Source: Felis catus (Eukaryota). Taken from it: a DNA stretch of 64,000 nt. Location of the stretch: positions 11,532,001 to 11,596,000 of the forward strand of contig NC_058382.1 in assembly GCF_018350175.1 (NCBI RefSeq). The letters run 5' to 3'. Both the position numbers and the translations under genes were made by a program. The notes beneath the pieces are model-generated. The model was not told where the DNA came from and made no database searches. It was given only the letters and a program-made list of their open reading frames with translations. How positions within the stretch are numbered: the first letter of the stretch is position 1; every line of letters begins with the position of its first letter. Below, in pieces: positions 37,004 through 48,697 of the stretch.

Positions 37004-37079
37004 CCACGACACAGGCCAAGACCAGAATGCAGAAGCAGAGGGAGGGCAGGGCCTGGGGCCTGCGTCCAGGAACCAACAT
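37004..37079 (-). CDS. APOC4: APOC4 coding exon 1, signal peptide (MLVPGRRPQALPSLCFCILVLACVVG)
   Basis: ATG at 37079; 76 bp; GTGAGG donor; 76+130+166 = 372 bp, 123 aa. Confidence 0.94.
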
Positions 37080-37769
37080 TTCTGGGGGCTCTGCTCCTCT
37101 GTGCCTCTGCGCTCAGCTCTCCAGGCTGGGGGAGGGGGAGACTACGCGGAGCAGAGCCCTCCCCTGGCTGCCTCCCCACGCCCCTTGGCAGGGACTTCAG
37201 AGACAGGGGCCCAGGTGACAGTGACAAGCAGAGGCCTCACCCGCCCCTGCTGGCCTCCCTCCTTCCTCCCCTCCCAGCACTTTGGCCTGACCGGGGAAGA
37301 CAGCCGGCTCTTTGGCCTCGGACGCTGACTGGTGTTCAAATCCTGGCTCCACCTCACGAGCTGGCCCCTCTTTCTGGCCTCAGTTTCCCCGCTCTGAAAA
37401 ATGGGCCCACAGTCCATACTCCAGGCAGGGCTTTAATGGAATGAAATGCTTCTAGGAGAGGTCTTAACAAAGAGCCCAGCAACGGAGGTGCTCACCAACC
37501 ATGGCTGTTTATGATTACTTCTTTCATATTGAAGACCCTTGGGCACTGGGCTCTAGGCCAGACACGCTCTTGCCGTGTGATCTGGGCAGTTCCAATTCCT
37601 TCTCTGGGCCTCACTGTTTTCATCTGTGAAATGGGGATGGTAAGAAGCGCCCGCCTCCTAGAGTCCGCGTGAAGGCTGCGTGAGGCTCTGTGAGAGAAAG
37701 TTCCAGGTGCACATAGTAGGAGGTTGTCCATGTCAGGCTCAGGCCCCATACTAGGCAGAAAGAAAATGA

Positions 37770-37866
37770 GCAAAAGGAAGAAAGAAAGAAAGGAAAGAGA
37801 GAAAGAAAGAAGACATAGAAAGAAGAGAGAGAAGGAGGAGAGAGGAAGGAAGGAACGAAGGAAGGG
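37770..37866. repeat. Near-pure polypurine low-complexity tract upstream of APOC4
   Basis: About 95 bp of GAAA/GGAA/GA repeats. Confidence 0.85.
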
Positions 37867-37946
37867 AATGAGCCTTTATCTCTCGGAGGACCCAGCCATA
37901 ACTCAGGGCACACAGCCTGGCCAGGGGACCATGGACTGGATTCTTT

Positions 37947-38170
37947 TTTTTTTAATTTTTTTTTTTTCAACGTTTATTTATTTTTGGGACAGAGAGAGAC
38001 AGAGCATGAACGGGGGAGGGGCAGAGAGAGAGGGAGACACAGAATCGGAAGCAGGCTCCAGGCTCTGAGTTGTCAGCACAGAGCCCGATGCGGGGCTCGA
38101 ACTCACGGACCGCGAGTCGTGACCTGGCTGAAGTCGGACGCTTAACCGACTGCGCCACCCAGGCGCCCCA
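37947..38170 (-). mobile_element. Young Can-SINE about 0.9 kb upstream of the APOC4 ATG
   Basis: Exact 16-bp TSD atggactggattcttt at 37931 and 38171. Confidence 0.92.
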
Positions 38171-38190
38171 ATGGACTGGATTCTTTGGTC

Positions 38191-38424
38191 CAGGGTTGCC
38201 GAGTAAAATATAGGATGCCCATGTGAATTCAGATAAATAATAAGTTTTTCTTTCGGTATAAGTATGTCCCATGCAATATTGGGGAATTATACTAGAAATT
38301 ATTTGTTACTTATCTGAAATTCAAATCTAACCAGGAGCCTGTCCTTTTTTTAAAACATTTTTTTAAGGTTTATTTATTTGGAGAGGGAGAGGGAGAGAGC
38401 ATGTATGCAGGGGAGTGGCAGAGA

Positions 38425-38460
<36 letters not shown>

Positions 38461-38622
38461 CCCACAGGCTCTGCTCTATCATCACAAAGCCCGATGTGGG
38501 GCTCGATCTCATGAACTGCAAGATCGTGACCTGAGCCGAAACCAGGAGTCGGTTGCTTAACTGACTGAGCCACCCAGGCGCCCCCGGGGAGGCTGTATTT
38601 TTATGCGGTGAATCTGACAACC
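38191..38622. mobile_element. MER53 (hAT MITE) interrupted by an antisense Can-SINE (~38352-38585)
   Basis: cagggttgcc...tataagtatgtcccatgcaatattgggg...ttatctgaaattcaaat...gacaaccc palindromic layout. Confidence 0.75.
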
Positions 38623-38662
38623 CCCCCCCCCCCCCCGCTTGGCCACAACCCGAACAAGTAGA

Positions 38663-39358
38663 CAGTAGCCCCCCCCCCCCCCGCCTCACCTTTATGCACA
38701 GTGTCAGTGACCCAAGGTCAGCTAAGGTTTGGAAGCGGATGACCTGACAATATGCCAGCAGGTCAATAATCACCTAATACTGTGTCACAGGGTCTATGTC
38801 ATTGCCATCACTTCATCTCATCACGGGGACAGCCTATCCTCTCACATCATCACAAGAAGGGTGAACGCAGTACGATAAGATACGGGGGAGAGAGAGACCA
38901 CGCTCCCATAACTTTTATTACGGTGTATTATTGTAATTGTTTTTCTTTTCTTTTTCTTTTTTAATTTTTCTATTTATTTTTGAGACAGAGAGAGACAGAG
39001 CATGAGCAGGGGAGGGGCAGAGAGAGGGGGAGACACAGAATCCGAAGCAGGTTCCAGGCTCGGAGCTGTCAGCACAGAGCCCGACGCGGGGCTCGAACCC
39101 ACGAACCGTGAGATCGTGACCTGAGCCGAAGTCGGAGGCTCGACCCACTGAGCCACCCAGGCACCTCTGTAATTGTTTTTCTTTATCATTAGTGTTGTTG
39201 TTTATCTCTTACTGTCTGATTTTGAAAGTTAAACTGCATCATAGGGGTGCTCCGATAGGGAAAGACAGTGTATCTAGGGCTTGGCACTCACTGTCTGTGG
39301 TTTCAAGTGTCCACTGGGGGTCTTGGAGTGCATCCCCCACAGATAAGGGGCGACACTG
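38663..39358 (+). mobile_element. MER44/Tigger7-type DNA transposon relic interrupted by an antisense Can-SINE (38947-39167)
   Basis: cagtag...gataaggggcgacactg termini followed by TA; SINE TSD tgtaattgtttttct at 38932 and 39168. Confidence 0.75.
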
Positions 39359-39469
39359 TACAGCTTGGTCCCGACCCAGCGGCTTCCAGCAGAACGGGCT
39401 CTGGCATGCAGCAGGTGCACAACGAATGTGCCCAGCAGTTCCTAACAGAATCACAAAATAAAACCTCCG

Positions 39470-39682
39470 GGACGGGCCCATGGGCGGCTCGGTCCGACTC
39501 TCCAGTTCGGCTCAGGTCGTGATCTCACAGCTCGCGGGTTCGAGCCCCGCCTGGGGCTCTGTGCTGACAGCGGAGCCTGCTGGGGATTCTCTCTCTCTCT
39601 CTCTCTCTGCTCCTCCCTGACTTGTGCTCTCTCAAAATAAATACAGAAATAAACATTAAAACACACACACACACACACACAC
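39470..39682 (+). mobile_element. Can-SINE with (CA)n tail
   Basis: SINE head and (CT)n region. Confidence 0.8.
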
Positions 39683-40269
39683 CTCCTTGAATTTCTGTTT
39701 GGGAGGTTGAGAAAGTTCCAGGGATGGAGGGTGCAACTTAATGTACCCCTAAAAGGGCTAAAATGGTAAATTGTATGTGATGTATTTGACCATGAGAAAA
39801 AAGGAAAAAAGAAAAACTCACCATGCCTTGTGTTACAAGAAGCACGAGGTGGGGGTTCAGAGCCTTGCTCCTCATCCTCCCTGCTGTGTGACCCGGTGCG
39901 AGTTGCTTAACCTCTCTGGGCCGGTTGCTTCATCCACGACTGAGAATCATGGACTACCTATCCCAGAGAGTAGAGGAGACCGTTTATGTAAATTACCACG
40001 AGAGGCACCAGAGGTGCTGGGTCAAGGTCAGTGGCTGTTGATTAAGCCTGTGTTTTTCTGAGCACACGCTAGGCACCAGGGGCCACAGCAGGGCTTTGGC
40101 ACCTTAACTCGTTGATGTAACACAACAGAGCTCTGAGGTGGGCATCTAACGTTCCCATTTTACAGATGAGGAAACTGAGGCTTGGGGGCGTGGGAGGGGA
40201 GTCCACTTACCAATGGCTCCTCGAACAGCAAGGGGTGCATTTGAACCCAGCTCTCTCAGATCTAGCCAA

Positions 40270-40560
40270 GCCAGGACATGCCCCGACGCACCTCCCCCAC
40301 CTGAGTCCCGGAGGCCAAGAGGGTGGTTGGAGCAGGGCTGGGGGAGGTCTCTGACCCCTGCCCCAGGTCCAAGGTCAGTGTGGGCTGTTTGCTGTTTGCA
40401 ATGTTTGTCCATCCTGGGGACAGGAACAGGCTGAAGGTCGTTCAGGGCGGACCTCAGAGTCAGCTCAATAACAACTTGGGAGTGGGGTGATGGGCGCAGA
40501 GACGGAGGTCACAAGAGGGAGCGGGTTTGGGAGTGGCAGGCCCCGCGAGCCCACAGGGCA
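40270..40560 (-). promoter_or_regulatory. Hepatic control region (HCR) of the APOE/C1/C4/C2 cluster
   Basis: Minus strand ATGGACAAACATTGCAAACAGCAAACAGCCCACACTGACCTTGGACCTGGGGCAGGGGTCAGAGACCTC resembles the human HCR core as recalled. FOXA-type TGTTTGC/T at 40386, 40393, 40402; IR-1 FXRE at 40345-40357. Confidence 0.88.
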
Positions 40561-40827
40561 GAGGGCACCTCTGAGCCTGCAGTAACATGTCCAAGAGACC
40601 CCCAGACCCCAAAATCACTCTCCCCCAGTCCAGACCCCATCCCCTCCCTCCTCAATCCCCTAACCCGCCTCCCTTCCAGCACTCCTAAGCGCTCACCTCC
40701 TTCCTCTGTGCCTCCGGGTTCTGGCAGGGAAGCCCGGGGCAGAAAAGAGGTTGAAACGTCCCCCTCTGTTATCTCTTCTTTCTGCCTTCCGCCCGGGAAA
40801 TTCTCCTTTCGTTAATTTTTAAAAACG

Positions 40828-41500
40828 GGGATATTCGCGAACCGTAAAACTCGCCCTCCTCAAGGGTGCGATGCGATGTTTTCTAGTACGTTTGCCGAGT
40901 TGTGCAACCATCACCGCCCTCCGATTCCAGAACGTTTGCATCACCCCGAAAGGAAACTTCCATTCCCATTAGCCCCTTAGGGTCACTTCCATTGCCTTCT
41001 CCCCCCCCCCCCTCCCCGGCCCAGCAGGGGGCAAAGACTGCCGATGGCCCTTCTGTTTCTGTGGGTTTCCCTATCCCGGGCATCATGGGAAGGGAAACAT
41101 ACACCACGTGGTCTTTTGCGTGGTGTGTGAGGGCGCTTCCTTCCTTTTGCCGGCAGAATAATATTCACTGCGCGGATACACATCTACACACGCCATGTGG
41201 ATTTGCTTATCCGTTTCTCAGTTGATGGGCATTTGGGCTGTTCCAGTGCAAACACCGCTGCCGTGGCCATCCACGCGTACGTTTTTGCGCGAACCTGTGT
41301 GCGGTTCGCCTGGGTGGATAGACGCCCGGTAATGGGATCGCCGGGGGCTCTGTTGCACGCTTTGAGGAACCGCCAAACTGTTCTCCAAAATGGCTCTGCC
41401 CGTTCGCTTTTGTATCCAGTTTTCCAGTCACGTGGCTCCTGGCGAACATACACGGGGACGAAAGCTGTGCGGCTTCTCACGCGGTTCCCCGGTTCTCGCT
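40828..41500 (-). mobile_element. Old L1M-type 3' fragment, unusually CpG-rich
   Basis: tgtgcaaccatcacc, cagaataatattc and gatgggcatttgggctgttcc motifs of mammalian L1 3' ends. Confidence 0.7.
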
Positions 41501-41829
41501 GACTACTTCCGGATTGTCTTCTGGGTTGCAGGTGCTGTGTCGCCTCCTCCAGGGAGCCCTCCCGGACTAGCTACCCCAAGCCAGGTGCCCACTGGAGTCC
41601 CCCATCCTTGCCCTGCCCGCTGGGTGGGCCACCTCCTCCCCCCCCCCCCCCCAAGTGTGGAGTGTGAATGCTCCTACACACATGCTCGGGGCTCTCTGGG
41701 TGTTTTTTGTTGTTGTTGTTTGTTTTTTGTTTTGGTGTGATCAGGGCTATTTGCTCTCTGAGGTCCTGAAGGTTAAGTTTGTAAACCTGAGAAGAAACAT
41801 ATTGGCTCTAAATACAAAATGTAAAAAGA

Positions 41830-43421
41830 GGGGCGCCTGAGTGGCTCAGTTGAGCGGCCCATTCCTGCTCAGGTCACATTCTTGCGGTTGGTGAGTTCAA
41901 GCCCCGCATCGGGCTCTCTGCTGTCAGCACAGAGCCTGCTCCGGGTCCTCCCCCCACCCCCGCCTTCTCTCTGCACCTCCCCTGCTTGCTCTCTCTCTCT
42001 CTCAAAAATAAAATTAAAGGGGCGCCTGTGTGGCTCAGTCGGTTGAGCGGCCGACTTCGTCTTGGGTCACGATCTCGCAGTCCGTGAGTTCGCGTCGGGC
42101 CCTGTGCTGACGGCTCAGAGCCTGGAGCCTGTTTCAGATTCTGTGTCTCTCTCTCTCTGACCCTCCCCTGTTCATGCTCTGTCTCTCTCTGTCTCAAAAA
42201 TAAATAAAAAACGTTAAAAAAATAATAAAAAAAAATAAAAACAAACATTTAAAAAATAAAACGTGAAAAGAAAATCTTAAAATTAGAATGAATGAAGGGC
42301 GCCTGGGTGGCTCAGTCTGTTAAGCGTCTGGCTCTTGGTTTCGGCCCAGGTCATGATCTCATGGTTCATGAGCTTGAGCCCCATGTCAGGTTCTGCACTG
42401 ACAGCACAGAGCCTGCTTGGGATTCTGTCTCTCCCCCTCTCTTGGCCCATCCCCTGTTCTCTCTCTCAAAATAAATAAAGAAAAAGAAGAAGAAGAAGAA
42501 GAAGCATTGTTGGAGCTCTCACTGTGCTCCAGGTACTGTCCTGGGCACTCAGGGGGGCACTGCAGGAGACAAGACCGCCTCCGTGAACTTGACTTCCAGC
42601 AGTGGGAGACACAGGCAGTAAACAAGTAACCAAAGAGACATATATTAGAGGGTGGCAAATACTGGAAAGACAGGCAGATAAGGAGGTAGCAGGGCGGTGG
42701 GAGAGCAGTCTGGGGGGGCCACAACGGGGACACGGCTGTTGAACAGACACCTGAAGAAGAGGAGTGAGCCAGGCAGATAGCTGGACATCTGCGGGAAGAA
42801 CGTTCCAGGCAGGGTGGGCAGCGAGTGCAAAGGCCCTGGGGTAGGAGCCTGCTCAGTGCGTTGGACGAGGCTGAGGAGTTGCACACGAGGGAGGGGAAAA
42901 AGCCGTAGGGGTGACCTGGCCAGGTAGTTGAAAGCTGACAGACTCTCATAAGATCTTTTGAGTTTTCCTCTGAGGGTGGTGAGAGGGTTGTGAGTGGAGG
43001 AAGGGTGTGATGTGACTTGTGTTCTAACAGGATCCCTCTGGCTTCTGAGTGGGAAGAGGGTATAAGGAGCTTGGAGGGCTGATTAGGGCAGGGGGAAATG
43101 GTGCATTAAGTACAGAGGGTTATATTTATTTCCCACCTTTAAAAAAAAAAGGTGGGGAAAAAATGTTTAAATGTTTATTTCTGAGAGAGAGAGTGCGTGA
43201 GCAGGGGAGGGGCAGAGAGAGAAGGAGACACAGACTCCGAAGCAGGCTCCAGGCTCCAAACTGTCAGCACAGAGCCCGACGTGGGGCTCGAACTCATGAA
43301 TTGTGAGATCGCGACCTGGGCCGAAGTCGGATGCCCAACTGACTGAGCCACCCAAGTGCCCCTAAAAAAAATTTTTTTTAATGTTTATTTACTTTGAGAG
43401 AGACAGTATGACCAGCTGAGG

Positions 43422-43461
<40 letters not shown>

Positions 43462-43730
43462 CACAGAATGGGAAGCAGGCTCCAGGCTCCGAGCTATCAG
43501 CACAGAGCCCGACGCGGGGCTCGAACTCACTGACTGCAAGATTATGATCTGAGCCAAAGTCAGACTGTCGACTGACTGAGCCACTCAGGCGCACCCCACC
43601 CCCGCCCTTTTTTTTTTTTTTTTTAAGATTTTATTTTTAAGTCATCTTTATACCCAGTATGGGGCTTGAACTCACAACCTTGAGATCAAGAGTCACAAGT
43701 TCCACATACTGAGCCAGCCAGGCGCCCCTA
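41830..43730. mobile_element. Three + Can-SINEs (41830-42490), an L2 remnant (~42500-43090) and three - Can-SINEs (43160-43730)
   Basis: SINE heads and tails; L2 motifs. Confidence 0.82.
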
Positions 43731-44221
43731 TCTCCCACCTTTGTTCTCCATCCTCTGTCCTGTCCTCCATCCTCCATAAGCATCCCCGGACGTGCTTGGA
43801 GTTGTCCTCAGACATAAAAGAGGTCAAACACACAAGGCCGTTCCACGTGTGTGTGTTCGAATTTTACATCAATGACACCACCCAATGCATCTTGTTTCTT
43901 TTCCACTCAGCGCTACACTGTTACATCTCTCCAAACGGTTGCCTGAACATCTAGCTGGTTCTTTCTGCGGCTGCATGGGGTTCCACGCTTTATTTTTTCA
44001 ACCCCCACCCCCACCCCCGCCGGTGATGGACTGCTAGGCTGCTTCTGCAGTGAACGTCCTCATCCATCTTCCCAGATGTTTCTCTCGTCCCCGCACGGTG
44101 CCACATTGGGGACCGCTGGGACGCGGGGCACCCAAATACTTAATGTCACTAGAAACTTCCAGGATGCTCTTCATAAGAGAGATCCAGTCCACACTCCTGA
44201 AGAGAGTGTGCTGGGTTTTAA

Positions 44222-44253
44222 AAATTTTTTTTATTTTTTAATGTTTATTTATT

Positions 44254-44292
<39 letters not shown>

Positions 44293-45003
44293 GAGCTCAA
44301 GCGGGGGAGGGGCAGAGAGAGAGGGAGACACAGAATCCAAAGCAGGCACCGGGCTCTGAGCTGTCTTCACAGAGCCCGACGCGGGGCTGAAACTCACAAA
44401 CTGTGAGATCATGACCTGAGCCGAATAGGATTCTTAAGCGACTGAGCCACCCGGGCGCCCCAAGAATGTGCTTCTTCTCGGGTACCCATATCCTCACCGG
44501 CACCGGGCATTTTCCAATCTTCTGCTTTCGGCCAGGTGACCGGAAGCAGACTGGTGTCTTTGGTGGTTTTCATCTAATTGCCCCTGACTCTGAGCCTCTC
44601 TTCAAAAGCGGAGGGGGCACTCCATGAACTGCTTGCTGTCTGTCTTCTCTGACCCTGTGCCTTTCTAACCCGAGAGCTCGGGGGGGGGGGGGGGGGGCAG
44701 GGGTTGGAGGTTGGGGATGGGGTGGGGTGGCAGTTTTCAGGAAAATGCTTAAAAAATAAATTGGCTCCGGGGCGCCTGGGTGGCTCAGTCGGTTGAGCGT
44801 CCGGCTTCGGCTCAGGTCATGATCTCGCGGTCTGTGGGTTCGAGCCCCGCGTCGGGCTCTGTGCTGACAGCTCAGGGCCTGGAGCCTGTTTTGGATGCTG
44901 TGTCTCCCTCTCTCTCTGCCCCTCCCCTGCTCACGCACTGTCTTTCTCTCAAAAATAACTAACATTAAAAAAAAGTAAGAATAAATAAAAATAAAAATAA
45001 AAT
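44222..45003. mobile_element. Can-SINEs at 44222-44461 (-) and 44768-45003 (+) flanking a G18 run (44680-44697)
   Basis: SINE motifs; TSD aaaataaat[t/g]ggctccg for the second element. Confidence 0.85.
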
Positions 45004-45177
45004 AAAATAAATGGGCTCCGAAATGCTGGACAAAGGGCCAAGTAAAGATTAGCAATTGATTAAGTCGGCACAGAATACACCCTTTTGCCAGGCGAGATTG
45101 CGCATATGAATTTTACCTAATGAAGGATGTGGGTGTGCTTTAATATGCTGGGGATGAGCAAATAGGGCCCACAGCCG

Positions 45178-45230
45178 GGTGTGTGTGTGTGTGTGTGAGT
45201 GTGTGTGTGAGTGAGTGGGTGTGGGTGTGG
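45178..45230. repeat. Imperfect (GT)n microsatellite
   Basis: Seen directly. Confidence 0.9.
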
Positions 45231-45904
45231 TTGTAGCCGGTGAGTCTGGCAGGGTGACTCAGGAACAGGGAAAGTGAAGTAAGAATGTGGTCCTGGGACT
45301 GCCCCCCATCCCCCCAGGCGACATTCAAATCCCAGCTCTACCCATTTGTGGCTGTGTAACATCACATAATTGACTTTAGACTTCTGTGCCTCAGTTTCTT
45401 CTTGTTTAGGTTTTTTTTGTTTTGTTTTTCAGATTGAGAATAATTATGCCACCAAGTATTATGGAACCCATGTACCAGGCCCAGTCCTGTGCTGAACTAT
45501 GCCTGGGGACAGCAGTGATGGGGCATACAGTCCAGCAGGGGAGACAGACCCATCACCAGTGATGACCCCGAGTGGGCAGGGCTGGGATGGAGATGCTTGA
45601 TCCAGCGTGGGGGTTAAGGAGGGCTTCCTGGAGGAGGGGGCATCAAAGTTTCCTTGGAGGGTGTGGATTGTGTTGATCTTTTTCAGGGCTCTAGCCTATG
45701 TCCTCCCCTTGCTCCCTTCCACATCCCTATTTCCCATTTTAAGTGTAATAAACACCTATTGTGTGCATGGTGATGAACCAACCTGGGGTCCCTCGTTTTG
45801 GGCAGCCCAGTCAGGGAAGACTATGGCAGAGCAGCAGCCTCAGGTTGGGGTCCAACCCAGCTCTCCCCTTCCTGACAAGTGACTTCACCTCTCTGGGCTT
45901 CATA

Positions 45905-46126
45905 ACTTTTTTTTTTTTTTCCTTAATGTTTATTTATTTTTGAGAGAGAGAGAGAGAGAGAGAGAGCGAGCACAAGCAGAGGAGGGGCAGAGAGAGAGGG
46001 AGACACAATCCGAAGCAGGCTCTGTGCTGACAGCAGATAGCAGGATTGGGGGCTCGAACTCACAAACCATGAGATCATGACCAGAGCCGTAGTCGGACGC
46101 TTAACCGACTGAGCCACCCAGGCGCC
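45905..46126 (-). mobile_element. Can-SINE downstream of APOC1
   Basis: Poly-T, (GA)n and reverse-complemented head. Confidence 0.88.
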
Positions 46127-46481
46127 CACCCCTCTGGGTTTCAATGCCCTCATGGAATTAACAGGGCCCAGATCCCAAGGTACTCATGAGGATTCTTTTG
46201 GGATCATGAAGTTCAAAGTCCTCAGCACAGGACAAGTAGAGAATTGCTCCATACATTTGAATCCTAGCCCCTCTCCCCCAAAGGCGCAACCTCTACCCTA
46301 TCCCATAGCCTTCTGCCTCCCAGCAACAAAGCACTCAGAATTCTCTAAGGTATTTTTATTGGAGGGTGGGGTCGATATGGACATCACAAAGTCCTCCTGC
46401 CAAGAGAGAGCCGGGGTATGGGAAATTTTGGAGCCCCCTCCTGGGGCACAGCCCAGAGGACAGAGGCAGCTCTCTTGGTAT

Positions 46482-46539
46482 TCAGAGCAGGGGAAGTCTT
46501 AAATTTTTGAGCCCCTCAGCAAAGGAGGTCATCAATTTC
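46482..46539 (-). CDS. APOC1: APOC1 last coding exon (KLMTSFAEGLKNLRLPLL*)
   Basis: CCCCTACAG acceptor; 58 bp; phase matches exon 3; TGA stop; AATAAA (minus) at 46355-46360. Confidence 0.85.
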
Positions 46540-47057
46540 CTGTAGGGGAGAGACGGAGAGCAAGAGAGGTCATTGTGTTTTGTCTCCCCTCAGGAAGCCC
46601 CAATCCTGCCCCTTACCTGACTCCCTATCTCCTCCTTCCCCCAAAGAAACAGCATAGCTCCCACATCTGTGAGACTGGGTAGAGCCTTGGGGTGGGTGGC
46701 CCAAGGTCGGGGTTTCAGTTTTCCAGATGGATCAGAGCCCTTTGAAGTCAGAACGCTTCACCCTGGCCTAGCTGTCAAGGCTTGCTGTCTCTTGCTACGG
46801 AGCACTCTCTTTCCTAGGTTTCTTCTCCTTACTTATTCAAGGGCACTCTTCAGAGCCTCTTTATCTTTGCCCAGGATGTTCCCCTTGCCTGGAATGCCAG
46901 TCTCTCCTTGATTATGTACGTGTCTTCCTGGCTCAGGGCCTTTGTAGTCACAGGGAACATTCTTCCCATGTTTCTAGGCCTGGCTGGATTTTCCTAATCA
47001 TTCAGATCTCTCTTTTTTTTTTAAGACAGCCAAGTGCCCCATGAAGCGGTAACGCTT

Positions 47058-47405
47058 TACTTTTTTTTTTTTTTTTTAATGTTTATTTATATTTGAGAGA
47101 GAGAAACAAAAGTTGAGTAGGGGAGAGGCAAAGAGACAGAGCCTGAAGCAGGATCCAGGACCTGAGCTGTGAGCACAGGGTCCGCCGCAGGGCTCGAACT
47201 CACCAACCGTGAGGTCATGGCCTGAGCTGATGTGGGACACTCAACCGACTGAGCCACCCAAGCGCCTTAGCACTAACACTTTAAATTGAGATCTGAAAAA
47301 GGAGCACCTGGCTGGCTCCAGTCAGTGGAGCATTCGACTCTTGATCTCCTGATCTCGGGGTCATCAGTTCAAGCCCCGTGTTGGGCATAGCGCTTACTTA
47401 AAAAA
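47058..47405. mobile_element. Can-SINEs in APOC1 intron 3 (47058-47268 -, ~47300-47405 + short form)
   Basis: SINE motifs. Confidence 0.82.
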
Positions 47406-48046
47406 AGAAAGTGTCTCCACTTCAAAGGGGACCCAATAACCAAATCTACAAAAGCCCCTCCCCAGTCTTTGGTTGTCTGTAAGCCTACCCTGTTTAATGT
47501 CATCTCGGTGCTTAGCTCTGTTTGGACTAATCTCCTGGAAATTCACTGGTTTTACAGCCTGTTCCCTGTGGGCTGGGACTTTATCTTATTCACCACGATT
47601 ATTCCCCACATTGGAACAGTCCTGGACGCTTAGCCCAATAACTATTTGTTCCTGAATGCATGATTCTCTAAGTCACCGGATGGAGTCAGTGTTGGTTAAA
47701 CGGCGTATTGAGCATTTACAATGTGCCAGGCACTACGCAAATCCCCTCCATTTTAAATTCTTGGAAAAAGGCTCAAGATGTACTCCCGAGATCACACGGA
47801 GAGTAGTGAGTCTTGGCTGGCCTGTGGACCCAGGTCCGACTGATTCCCAAGCTGGTCTTAACACCACCACGCAGCACCATTTCTACAGTGTGGTCTAGAT
47901 GGGAGTCGGCAACCTGTCCCCCACATCTGAGCACTCTGTGAGCCAGCTGTGACCACGGGGGAAGCTGTCAGCCGCTCCAAGCCTCAGTTTCCCCACTCTG
48001 CTAATCGACAGACCCAGCCCTCCCAAGCCCTGGGAAGATTCCTAAC

Positions 48047-48167
48047 CGAGTCGCCTCAGGAATGCTCTCGAAGGCGTCCTTCAGGTTGTTACCAAACTCC
48101 TTCAGCGAATTGGGGATGTTACTGAAGGTGCTGGCGATAGCTGGGGCCCCCTGGGCCGGGGCTGGAC
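48047..48167 (-). CDS. APOC1: APOC1 coding exon ([41 protein letters not shown])
   Basis: CAG/GTTAGG boundaries; 121 bp; GPAPAQG and LKEFGN motifs of apoC-I. Confidence 0.93.
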
Positions 48168-48697
48168 CTGTCCAGAGATAGGCAGGGGTACAAAACTTTC
48201 AGTATTGGGAGCCCTTAGGATGAGATACCAGAGATGAGAGAGGAGCTACTGTACTTGAAAGTGATTCTTGGAGGTCGTGGTGCTAGAATCGGAAGGAACG
48301 GAGTGGGGTGCGGGGGGTGCGGGGGGCGGGTACTAACGCGACCAGATGGAGCTCAAGCTGCTGGGTGGGTGGGTATTCGCTTACTCTCAGCACAGCCTCC
48401 TCCCCCGCCCCTTTCCAGACTGTAAACGCAGGACAACCAATCGGGGAGGGGCGAGTGCATACATCATCGGTTGCTAGGGCTTCCCGGACAGACTTGCCCG
48501 TCGCTGGACCGCCCCTCAGAGAGCCCTCACCCATCTTTGCAGGGGTCGGGTGTGGGGGTGTCGGTGACACATAGGAAAACCAGGGCACAGAACGGGCCGC
48601 TGCGCTCCCAAGGGACCTCCAAGTTTGGGCCCCAGGCCCGTGTCCAACTTCAAGCTTCCAAATCTCAGACTCCCAGGTTCTCCTATCCCACTTTTAC

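Noticed and set aside
41500-46200. Search for an APOC1P1 pseudogene, second HCR or second ME
   Set aside because: None seen; the interval is almost entirely SINE, L1 and L2 sequence, consistent with the duplication being primate-specific.
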